A program made the translations under genes and the position numbers. The notes below the pieces were generated by a model. It was not told where the DNA came from, made no database searches, and saw nothing but the letters and a program-made list of their open reading frames with translations. A stretch of 64,000 nt of DNA from Eledone cirrhosa (taxonomy: Eukaryota): assembly GCA_964016885.1 (NCBI GenBank), contig OZ024750.1, positions 27,590,001-27,654,000 on the forward strand, in the 5' to 3' direction. Below are positions 53,325 to 64,000 of this stretch, one piece after another (position 1 is the first letter of the stretch; each line of letters opens with the position of its first letter).

Positions 53325-53905
53325 TATTGCTATTTACTTTAACTGTTAGTAAATCAACGTAGTTTGGTGTCGTCTTATACGACTGTCAACAACACTATCT
53401 TGATCTTTGTGTTACTGTTAGTAAATAAACGTGGTTTGGTGTCGTCTTATACGACTGTCAACATCACTATGTTAGTCTCTGTGTTACTGTTAATAAATAG
53501 ACGTAGTTTTGTGTCGTCTTATACGGTTCCCAATAACACTATGTTAGTCTTTGTGTTACTGTTAGTAAATATATGTAGTTTGGCGTCGTCTTATACGAGT
53601 GTCAACATCACTATCTTAGTCTTTGTGTCACTGTTAGTAAATAACTGTAGTTTGGTGTCGTCTTATACGACTGTCAACAACACTATATTAGTCTTTGTGT
53701 TACTCTTAGTAAATAACTGTAGTTTGGTGTCGTCTTATACGACTGACAACATCACTATCTTAGTCGTTGTGTTACTGTTAGTACATAAACGTAGTTTGGT
53801 GTCGTCTTATACGACTGTCAACATCATTATCTTAGTCTTTGTGTTACTGTTAGTAAATAACTGTAGTTTGGTGTCGTCTTATACGACTGTCAACAACACC
53901 ATGTT
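53325..53905. repeat. 72-bp minisatellite, ~8 copies
   Basis: GTAGTTTGGTGTCGTCTTATACGACTGTCAAC recurs every 72 bp. Confidence 0.93.
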
Positions 53906-53973
53906 ACAGTCTTTGAGTAATAATTGGTTTGGATTGTACCGTGGTTATGGTTGGTTTTGTCAAGTTTTAGTTC

Positions 53974-54417
53974 AATCTAAACCAGCTGATTAAGTAGGCA
54001 ATCAATGATTAAGTGTGATTGATCTATTGATCTATATATACTTCCTAGTATATCTAAACCAGCTGATTAAGTAGGCAATCAATGATTAAGTGTGATCGAT
54101 CTATTGATCTATACTTCCTGGTAGATCTAAACCAGCTGATTAAGTAGGCGATCAATGATTAAGTGTGATCGATCTATTGATCTATACTTCCTGGTAGATC
54201 TAAACCAGCTGATTAAGTAGGCCATCAATGATTAAGTGTGATTGATCTATTGATCTATACTTCCTGGTTTATCTAAACCAGCTAACTAAGTAGGCAATCA
54301 ATGATTAAGTGTGATTGATCTATTGATCTATTCTTCCTGGTATATCTAAACCAGCTAATTAAGTAGGCAATCAATGATTAAGTGTGATTGATCTATTGAT
54401 CTATACTTCCTGGTATA
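53974..54417. repeat. 73-bp minisatellite, 6 copies
   Basis: ATCTAAACCAGCTGATTAAGTAGGC recurs every 73 bp (first unit 78 bp). Confidence 0.93.
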
Positions 54418-54489
54418 CAATGGTTCTGTAGAGTTGAAGGGAACGATACTCACACTAACCAATATTGGTTGGTGAAATGGAGTAGTTCA

Positions 54490-55125
54490 TGTAGCTGGGT
54501 GTTTGGGGTGGGGTGTAGATAAGTGGTTGTTGATATGAAGTGTTGTTAATGTAGCCGGGTGTTTTGGAATAGGGGGGTGAACATGTAGATAAGTGGTTGT
54601 TGATATGGAGTGTTGTTAATGTAGCCGGGTGTTTTGGAACGGGGGGAGGGGTGAACATGTAGAGAAGTGGTTGTTGATATGAAGTGTTGTTAATGTAGCC
54701 GGGTGTTTTGGAACGGGGGGGGTGAACATGTAGATAAGTGGTTGTTGATATGAAGTGTTGTTAATGTAGCCGGGTGTTTTGGAACGGGGGGAGGGGTGAA
54801 CATGTAGAGAAGTGGTTGTTGATATGGAGTGTTGTTAATGTAGCCGGGTGTTTTGGAACGGGGGGGGGTGAACATGTAGATAAGTGGTTGTTCATATGGA
54901 GTGTTGTTAATGTAGCCGGGTATTTTGGAATAGGGGGGGGTGAACATGTAGATAAGTGGTTGTTGATATGGAGTGTTGTTAATGTAGCCGGGTGTTTTGG
55001 AACGGGGGGGGGGGGGGTGAACATGTAGATAAGTGGTTGTTGATATGGAGTGTTGCTAATGTAGCCGGGTGTTTTACGGGTATGGCTGGACATATAGACA
55101 AGTGGTTGGTGACATGGAGGGTGTA
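54490..55125. repeat. 70-77-bp minisatellite with variable poly-G, ~9 copies
   Basis: GTAGCCGGGTGTTTTGGAAC(G)nTGAACATGTAGATAAGTGG. Confidence 0.93.
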
Positions 55126-55228
55126 GACAAGTAGACTATTAGTTGCTGTTTTGTCTGCTCGATCTTTCAATGTAAACGTCTTCTTTCATTTTGTGCACAT
55201 TGTTTTGTGTTTATGGTGTGAAGGGCTT

Positions 55229-55690
55229 TACATGTATGTACATGTATATGTACATGTGTGTGTTCATATGCATGTATGTACATGTATGTGTACACATACA
55301 TGTATGTACATGCTTGTATACACATACATGTATGTACATGTATGTGTACACATACATGTACGTACATGCTTGTATACACATACATGTATGTACATGTATG
55401 TGTACACATACATGTACGTACATGCTTGTATACACATACATGTATGTACATGTATGTGTACACATACATGTACGTACATGCTTGTATACACATACATGTA
55501 TGTACATGTATGTGTACACTTACATGTATGTATATGAAGTTAATATGTATGCATACATGTATGTATATGAATTTAATATATATGTATATATGTATGTGTA
55601 TGAATTTAATATGTATGCATACATGTATGTATATGAATTTAATATGTATGTATACATGCATGTATACATGTATGTATAGGCATGTATATA
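55229..55690. repeat. Alternating purine-pyrimidine minisatellite (CATGTATGTA-based)
   Basis: Direct reading. Confidence 0.85.
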
Positions 55691-55693
55691 GAA

Positions 55694-56032
55694 ATAATCG
55701 GGCCGAATACCTGATCGCGCGGTTAAACCACTTGGAGTGAAGGACCCCTAGCTTTTGTCAGGGCATTCTTCTAGGAGAAGGAAACCCAGGAAACTGGGAT
55801 AACTCCGATATAAAACCTACGGCTCAGTAGTTACCGATGATGTTGATCTGTTCTTCTTTTCGGGTTATAGCTACTGTCGCCCAGAGAGTGGGATTGGCTC
55901 AGTGCGCATTTTTTCCTCACTTAAAAAAAAAATCTTCACGCACAGGCATTGTACATTAGCATTAATTGATAATTATTAATAATGTTATATCTTGCAATGG
56001 CCATACTCAATAACGAGGGGGCAGCCATCATA
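55694..56032 (+). mobile_element. Diverged relative of the 49796-50408 RTE-like element
   Basis: Shared blocks CTAGGAGAAGGAAA, GATGTTGA..TGTTCTTCTTTT, AGAGAGTGGGA, GCACAGGCATTG. Confidence 0.6.
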
Positions 56033-56572
56033 TGGATTTAATATGTATGTATAAATGTATGTATAGGAATTTAATATGTATGTATGTATACATATATGTG
56101 TATTGTTTAGGTAGAATGGCTCCTTATACCCCACACCACCACCACCACCACAACCACCGTACTAGTTTAGAAACCTTTATGAGAAACACTTTATAAGGGT
56201 GTTTCCGAAAATTCTACCAATCTTACAAACTCCTTAAAAAAAGCGTCTGTTTGGGTGTTTTTTGTGTTTGTGTGTTTGTGTGTTTTTGTGTGTGTAAGTT
56301 TGTGTGAGTGTGTGTGTGTGTGTAGACGTGTGTGTTTGTGTCTATAGATGTGTGTGACTGTGCTAGAAAGAGAAGGAGAGAGAGGAGAGAGAGAGAAAGA
56401 GAGAATGTGAGGGAGAAAGACAAAGAGTGAGAGGGGAATGAATGTGTGTGTGTGTGTGTGTAAGAATAAGAGAGAGTGTGTGTGTAAGATAAGTAGAGAG
56501 AGAGAGCGAGAGAGAGAGAGAGAGAATCAGAGAGAGCGAGCGAGAGAGAGAGAGAGAGAGAGAATGAGAGAG

Positions 56573-56606
<34 letters not shown>

Positions 56607-58429
56607 AAAGAGAGAAGTGGTTATTACAATGGGGTGTGTCAATTATTGGGAGAGTTCCTTGGAAGCAGATATGTTGTTATTTAACTCTGAAGTGGGGATC
56701 ATCATTCTCGGTGTTATCTTCACCATTACCATCATCATCACCCTCATTATCATCATCATCATCACTATCATCATCGTTATCATCACCGTCATCATTATTG
56801 TCATTCGCATTGTCATCATCATCATTACCAAACCCCAAAACCACCACCACCACCACCAACACCACCAACATCACTCTCACCACCACTTTTAGCCCTGCTA
56901 AGGATTTACATTCCTTTCTGCATATGCTGCAACGAAGGGGGAAAACAAAAAAACCTTTATCAACCATGGCCACCCTTGCTGATGTAACACACATGTAAGT
57001 CGTTTAGATCAAGTGAGGCCTGGGCTTGAACCTTTTTAAAGTGAGGAAAAATCTTTCACTGGACCAATCCCACTCTCTAAACAACAGTGACAGGTATTCA
57101 AAATGAAGAATAGGTCACCATCATGATAGCAGCCAGAGAGAACTGGCAGGGATTGACCTCCGGGTAGTTGTCAATTTTGTACTGCAGTATTGATAGGCGT
57201 TGAATGTAGAGTTGACCAAAAATGATATGGCATTGGATGGAATCAGTATGGACACCTACATACTTATTGTGTCACGCGGCTGTGACCGGTCGTTTGTACT
57301 GAAACAGATGCAATGGTACTTGTGTCAGACAGAAACCCCAGCTATTAATTACACTTGTAGTAGTAACAACAACCTAAACATGTTCTGTCCTGAGGAAATA
57401 GAATAGAAGAAATAGAATGAGGACTGTGGACAATAGAAAACCACTAAACAAAAATAATTGGTCATTGAAATTGATGTACCAACTGCGCCATCAGTAATAT
57501 TCCCCGTCAGGACACTCTGAAGAAGTTCGAAGTACTTGTTTCACCCTCAACACTATCTGACGAAGTAGTTGTGGCAAAGTATTCTCTTGTGACTATAGGG
57601 AAGGAAATGGGGACTGGATAGGATTGGCAAATCTTCGCCAAAAAAAAGGAAGCGGAAGAATGTTGTTAAATGAAAGCGGAAGGCATGCAAAATATAAGAG
57701 AAGGATTGAATCCCTTGGGATGACATGAAGTTCATGGTCATGTAATTCAATGACATAGCACTCTGATAAAAGCTGGGAGCCCTAAAGTGTAGAAATGTAG
57801 GCGTTCTGTATGATGTATGCCGTAGCTTTCTGATCAAAGTTGGGAGCCTTGAAATATAAAAATGTTGAATTGAATCACGTAAATTTCTGATCAAAGCTGG
57901 AAGCCCTGAAATGTAGAAATATTGAAAATGTTCTGTATGATGGGGATATATTTAAAGACAGATTTCAAGAAAGAAGCCACTGATTGGTTATAGTTAGTTG
58001 ACAAACCCCTATTTTATTTTCAGGTTTTTTTAATTATATATTTCTTGTAGTTATTGTTTACACGGGATCATGGGGAGAAACCTTGGAAACGTTAGAGAAG
58101 ATCGTGTTATCAAGGAAGTTGTGAAAGCCTCTCCCTCATCCATAACTTTTGGTAACAAGGAGGAAGAGTAGGTAACCCATAGCAACAATAAAAGCAGGAA
58201 ACAGACTTCACCGATGAATTCCACTCCTTCGACTTGTGACGACGGAAGTCGATGAGTATTCCCCACCTCCAAATTTAGAAAAAATACCCTTCAAACTTTA
58301 CGTAATTTAAACTGCAGGGTGCCTTGATTAATGCAGGTCGGCGCTTTCTACCAATGTGTCGATGGTTTGCCTTTTTACAAATAAATCTTGGTTTACGTAG
58401 TGTATGTTTTACTATAATATCTTATAATA

Positions 58430-58675
58430 AAGAACCGTGACGCCTGGTGTCTCAACATCAAAAATGCTGTCTCTTCATTCGAAAACAGCCACAGAACCAC
58501 CCTCAAGGGCAAAAAGCACATGAGGAAGGACCACGAATTTAAGTCATAAAACCCTGGCCAAACCTTCAGCTGCAGTCGTTGCGGCTGTGCCGGCCTGAAC
58601 AGCCACAAGTGTACATGCAGTCAACGTGGACCACCCCCTTCATAACCTTCATTCCCGAAGCCAAGCCATGATGAT
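58430..58675 (+). mobile_element. RTE (BovB-like) LINE 3' remnant
   Basis: NRDAW.L.IKNAVSSFEN..., FSCSRCG..GL.SH...C, ending GAAGCCAAGCCATGATGAT; possible decayed endonuclease start at ~57410-57660. Confidence 0.65.
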
Positions 58676-58852
58676 ATTTTATATAATTATTTGTTTATTG
58701 TAGCTATACATGTTTTAACTTGCTTTCACATATATTGTATAACCTCTTTCACTCCGCCGCTCATTCTTGTATAAACTACTCCTCCTTTCGTACACTTTTT
58801 CGTCTTGTTTATAAGCTCTTTCCTCGTTTCATGATTTCTCTGTATAAATAAT

Positions 58853-59038
58853 TGTTTCTACTTTGGGCACAAGGCCAGCAATTAACCAGTGATTTCTGGT
58901 ACTTTATTTTATCGACCCCGTAAGGATGAAAGGCAAAGTTAACCTCGGCGGGATTTGAACTCAGAATGGCAAGGGTCGTAACTCTATGCTGCAAAGCATG
59001 GCGTCCGACCCTCTACCGATACTGCCAATCCACCGCCC
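58853..59038 (-). mobile_element. Full-length tRNA-SINE with 17-bp TSD
   Basis: TTCTCTGTATAAATAAT at 58836-58852 and 59039-59055. Confidence 0.93.
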
Positions 59039-59950
59039 TTCTCTGTATAAATAATAATTGTATGATTTTGCCTTCACTGGCAAATAAAAGCTGAGTGGGA
59101 GTCAGTGTTTGAACTAAAGTTTTGGTAATATCAGGAGGGATCATTTGTAACTCTGAGGCCAAGAATATTTAATAAATTTGAGTTAAGTTAAACTAATATA
59201 GATTTCTACGGGTTCAAAAATCTTTCGTTAACTCCAACCCCTCGAACAAGTAACTTTTTTTTAACTCTTCGATGGTTTCTACAGCATTTCTGTTATATCT
59301 TTTACTTCAGAAAAAGATGTGACATTTTACTAAAGGTTTAAAAAAGCCAAACTAATTACTATACTCTGATATACATCCTTCCATTCATACACACGTGCTC
59401 CCTATTTCCCTCACTGCCTGCTTTTCATTCTTTCTTTCCCATGTCAACTGTTTTTTTTTATTCACCCTTCTCTTCTACAGGGGCTGCATCCCAAACCTCC
59501 TTCCCCCTCAATCCCAATTACATCCTATAACGTTCAATTAAAAGCAATGATGAAAATCGGGTCGTCCTCTTATTTTTTTTATCATTTCGTACCCACTTCC
59601 GTCCATTTCTATATGTCTTACGGTATCTAGATTTTTAGATTTTAACCCCTTTCTGTCTTTCTCCACCTTCCCTGTTTCATTTTTTTCGCACCAACACGCA
59701 TACATAAATACACATACATACAGATTAGTACAATCATATGGCCACCTGTAGGCGTTTTTCAAGTTTGCCACTTGTTTTATCGATTTCGTTTTGTCGAACC
59801 ACAAGTTGGCGGATATATAAAGACATTAAATGTATAAGTCACGACCAAAAACTCCCCTCCCTATATATATATATATACATACATATATATATATATATAC
59901 ATACATATATATATATACATACATATATATATATATATATACATATATAT

Positions 59951-60014
<64 letters not shown>

Positions 60015-60165
60015 CTACATACTTCAAATATGAACTGATTAAGCCCTAAACTTCGCCATTTGTTTTAATTGTTCAACATATATATACTTAGAGAGAGAAG
60101 GGGGGGGGTAGATAGAAGGACAGACAGGCAGATAGATAGGTAGATAGGTAGATAGATAGAGAGAC

Positions 60166-60203
<38 letters not shown>

Positions 60204-60278
60204 CAAAGAGGGTGTGGTAAGATACCCGGTGGACCATAACGCACCAGAGTACTCGATACTTGAGGTAGTAGAGTGGGT

Positions 60279-60458
60279 TAATTGTTTCTACTTTAGGCAC
60301 AAGGCCAGCAATTACCCAGTGCATTACTGGTACTTTATTTTATCGACCCCGTAAGGATGAAAGGCAAAGTCAACCTCGGCGGGATTTGAACTCAGATCGT
60401 AAAGGGACGTAACTATGCTGGAAAGCATGGCGTCCGACCCTCCACCGATACTGCCAAT
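60279..60458 (-). mobile_element. tRNA-SINE nested inside a PLE-like fragment (60200-60545)
   Basis: Host element sequence is continuous across the insertion. Confidence 0.85.
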
Positions 60459-60629
60459 GAAAAGGTTCAGGACCCCGGCAGTTGAGCTCCGACTGTTTCG
60501 ACAGTTAAATCCGAACTCCAATCCAATGGGTTCTGAATCTTTTCATATATATATATAAATATATAAATATATATATATAGACTTTGTCTAATTATATATA
60601 CCCTTTGAATTTAATATATATACACACAC

Positions 60630-60665
<36 letters not shown>

Positions 60666-61069
60666 ACATACAGTGAGAGGGGGAGGGGGATGGAGAGAGA
60701 GAGATGCTACATGAGATTGTCGTGAAGCGCCCCCCCCCCCCTCCTCAATACATCGGTCTGGCTAAGAACAAAGCAGGCAATTTATATAAAGACAATTCTG
60801 ATTTGCTCTAATAAATTACTTTAATCTATGACATGGAAGAATGAGAAAGTTGTCTTTCTATCGTTTTTTTATAGAGAGCTAAACAGTAAACAGGAAAACA
60901 AAACAGATAAAAACGAACACAAAAATTAATATAAAAATACTCAAGGACAAGTTCTTAAGAAATTAAACCGACGTACTGAAAAGAGTTACTATATTATTAT
61001 TTTTTCTACTTTTGGCACAAGGCCAGCAATTATCCCAGTGTATATTATTATTATTGGATTATTATTGTC

Positions 61070-61620
61070 TGTGAATTGGCAGTATCGATAGCGGGTCGGA
61101 CGCCATGCTTTACGGTCTGAGTTCAAATCCCGTCGAGGTCAACTTTGCCTTTCATCCTTACGGGGTCGATAAAATAAAATACCAGTAATGTAATGGTTAT
61201 TTGCTGGCCTCGTGCCAAAAGTAGAAACAATTATTAATGGATTGGCAGAATCAGTAGAGCGTCGGACAACATGCTTAGTGGCATAGAGTTGTGGCCATTT
61301 ATGTTCTGAGTTCAAATCCCGTCGAGGTTAACTTTGCCTTTCATCCTTACGTGGTCGATAAAATAAAGTACCAGTCACGAACTGGGGTCGATTTAATCGA
61401 CTTTCCCCTTCCATCAAAATTTATTGGCCTTGTGCCTAGTATCAGTAGAGCGTCAGACACCATGCTTTGCAGCATAAAGTTATGGCCCTTTACGTTCTCA
61501 GTTCAAATCCCGCCGAGGGGTCGATAAAATAAGGCACCAGTAATACACTGGGATCGATTTAATCGACTCCCCCCAAAAAAACAATTGCTGGCCTTGTGCC
61601 TAAAGTAGAAACAATTATTA
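61070..61620 (+). mobile_element. Three tandem, partly deleted tRNA-SINEs
   Basis: Family similarity. Confidence 0.88.
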
Positions 61621-62589
61621 GGATTAGATCAAGTACCGTCAGTTTAATTAATGGCTGTTGTTATATGTTGTTGCTGTTGTTGTTGTTGTTATTGTTTATC
61701 TCCCGGTCCTCCTTGAACTAAAAGTACTTGTCAGCAAAACCCTTTCAAATGTGAAGATGTCTTTCTTATTTAACCCCAGTCCATTTATGAACAAAATGAT
61801 TAATATGTACTTTTTTTTTAATATAAAACAATAGAGTTTGATTTAAGATAAATTTGATTGCTATTTCTAGCAAGTGGAACGACCTCGTTAATGCTCCATT
61901 AATAAACTTCTTTGGTGTTTTTTGTTTCTTTCCGTTATGGTTGCGGTGTTCTCACATGAGTGTGTCGTGTTACTTTGAACGCTCCCAACTGTATCAGTAT
62001 TTCCTATCAAGTTCTATCATTAAAATCTACCTCCCACCATAAAATAACTATCGCTACTTACATAAGCATGAAATATAAACTCTACAGTGTGGAAATGGAA
62101 CTATAATGTTGTAAGCTTCGTATTACATTTATTAAAAACATTAAGGGCGAAACTCTTCCATCTGCAATTCATCAAGAAATTTGAAATCTGATCGAGAACC
62201 CGATTTATTTAAGACCTTCTAATGCATGTATGGTCCTGTAATTCCTGAAGGAGTCGTAAGGGCGGCGTATTGATATACGGCGTTTCTTGGGTATTTTAAA
62301 ACCTGGTGGAAGCCATCTCCTCACCAGGTTTGAACACATCCGATTTCTTCAAGAGAAGGAAGGAAAGTGAGCGAAAGGAAATGAGAAACAGATATAGAGG
62401 AAGAATTGACCCCTGTCCTAGACTGACATTTTTTATCGACCTCAAAAGGATGAAAGGCGAAGTTGACCATGATGGGATTTGATCTCAGCGAGCAGAGAGT
62501 CGAAACGACTACCGCAAAGCATTCTATCCACAGTTCTAACGACTCTGTCAATACACCGCCTTAAGACCTTTTAATAGTCCAGTCAAATC

Positions 62590-63195
62590 TACTTCTTTAG
62601 TTCCTTTGGCGCCGTGTAGAGAAATAGGGACATCTCCATACAGCATGCTCGCAAGCTCTGTCATGAATTTGCACTCAGACCACGTCCATGTCTACCAGGT
62701 CTTGACTCGTGGGTCCTGTGTCATACGCCCACCTCATCTAACTTCCACTCGAGCTTCCACAAAGCTCTCACTGGTCTCTTTGTGAGCATGCATTGCATGT
62801 GGCCAAGCGGCTTCCGCTTTCTTAAGATGATGGTATTCCGTAAGATATTCAGCGGTGTTCTTTCCATGGGCCTTTATTTTTGATGTAATCACGCTAATTC
62901 TAAATATCGTCCTATGGAAGCGTCTCTGGTAGATCATTTGAAGTACTCTAAATTCTATTGGGGTTTTCTACAATTATGTTGGATTAAATATTAAATAGAA
63001 TTCACCGAACAATCAAAATGTGTGAGTAAGTAGACCTATTCTTGCGGAAACCATTTTGATTCTACCTCAACACATTTTCGACCTCAGGGCGCATACGATG
63101 AAGTAGCATCGTATTATAAATCTTAGAGGATATAACCGTAAGGGTAATTCCTCTATAATTATGTATCTGAACGAGAGTATTTGTCGGTCCTTTTA
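62590..63195 (-). mobile_element. Decayed, internally deleted RTE-X-like LINE
   Basis: NYRGITLTVISSKIYNTMLLHRMRPEVENVLR*NQNGFRKNRST (RT N-terminal part) plus degenerate C-terminal motifs. Confidence 0.7.
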
Positions 63196-63434
63196 AGGTC
63201 AATATGTAGACAGAAAACATACTATGATATATAAGATGCAACAATTATGATAACAAACATAGACGTATTTATTCAGAGAAATGTATGAATACTATTACGG
63301 CCTGTTTATTAATTTTTTTTTTTTTTAATTCTAGATAATTGTTCATCCGGTCTTAAAATAAGGTTATTTCTATACCGGATGTACTGTTTTCGATATCGTT
63401 TTAAGAACAGAGTGAAATGATTTAAAGAATCGTT

Positions 63435-63620
63435 GTGAATTGGCAGTATCGGTAGAGGGTTGGACGCCATGCTTTCTAGCATAGTTACGTCCCTTTACAG
63501 TCTGAGTTCAAATCCCGCCGAGGTTAACTTTGCCTTTCATCCTTACGGGGTCGATAAAATAAAGTACCAGTAATGTACTGGGTAATTGCTGGCCTTGTGC
63601 TTAAAGTAGAAACAGTTATT
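63435..63620 (+). mobile_element. tRNA-SINE
   Basis: A/B boxes, central motif; older copies at 26530-26755, 43060-43222, 62400-62562. Confidence 0.9.
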
Positions 63621-64000
63621 TCAATACTAGACAGCATTATCTAATGTTTTATTGACAGAAATGTTATTTCAATACTAGACATAGACATAGCATTATGTAA
63701 TATTTCATTGGAAGATTCTTTATATCAATACTTGGCATAGCATTATCTAATGTTATATATATTTTTCAATAGAGTAAAATAATCTGAAGAAATGTTATTT
63801 GAAGAAATGTTATTGATGGTTTAAAGAAACATTATTATTTCAGAACTGTACAGTTACCGATAGTATCTTTAAAAGTAGAGTGGATTACAATAAGACATGT
63901 AATCTTTGTCTAATGAATTTTATTGTCTGATTAAAAAAAAAATAGAGTGAATGGATTCTGGGAAGAGGTATTTCAGTCTGGAACTAGCTGTTGAAACGTC

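Noticed and set aside
53364-53993. 209-aa hydrophobic 24-residue repeat protein
   Set aside because: Frame is open because the unit is 72 bp; TTG start and no other coding evidence.

Overview
AT-rich, microsatellite-saturated animal (eukaryotic) DNA, probably intronic or intergenic. The SINE repertoire resembles octopod cephalopods (inference from memory of SINE sequences, not a search). No host protein-coding gene is confidently recognisable, and almost all ORF-track entries are microsatellite artefacts. Real content: (i) three copies of a Tx1/L1-group non-LTR retrotransposon, each inserted in the same orientation inside a (TCTA)n tract; (ii) many short Penelope-like (PLE) terminal fragments in (TA)n tracts, often as fold-back inversions, several with hammerhead-ribozyme (HHR) folds, including one with a ~105-nt stem II and three with a CAGAnGA core variant; (iii) RTE/RTE-X LINE remnants (one with a twin-priming inversion) and a non-autonomous RTE-like element with a 5' HDV-like ribozyme candidate; (iv) about 20 tRNA-derived SINEs, some with perfect TSDs; (v) a hAT MITE and a Helitron-like element; (vi) several minisatellite/satellite arrays, including a 60/61-bp array with higher-order structure. 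All alignments and folds were done by eye, so boundaries are approximate.
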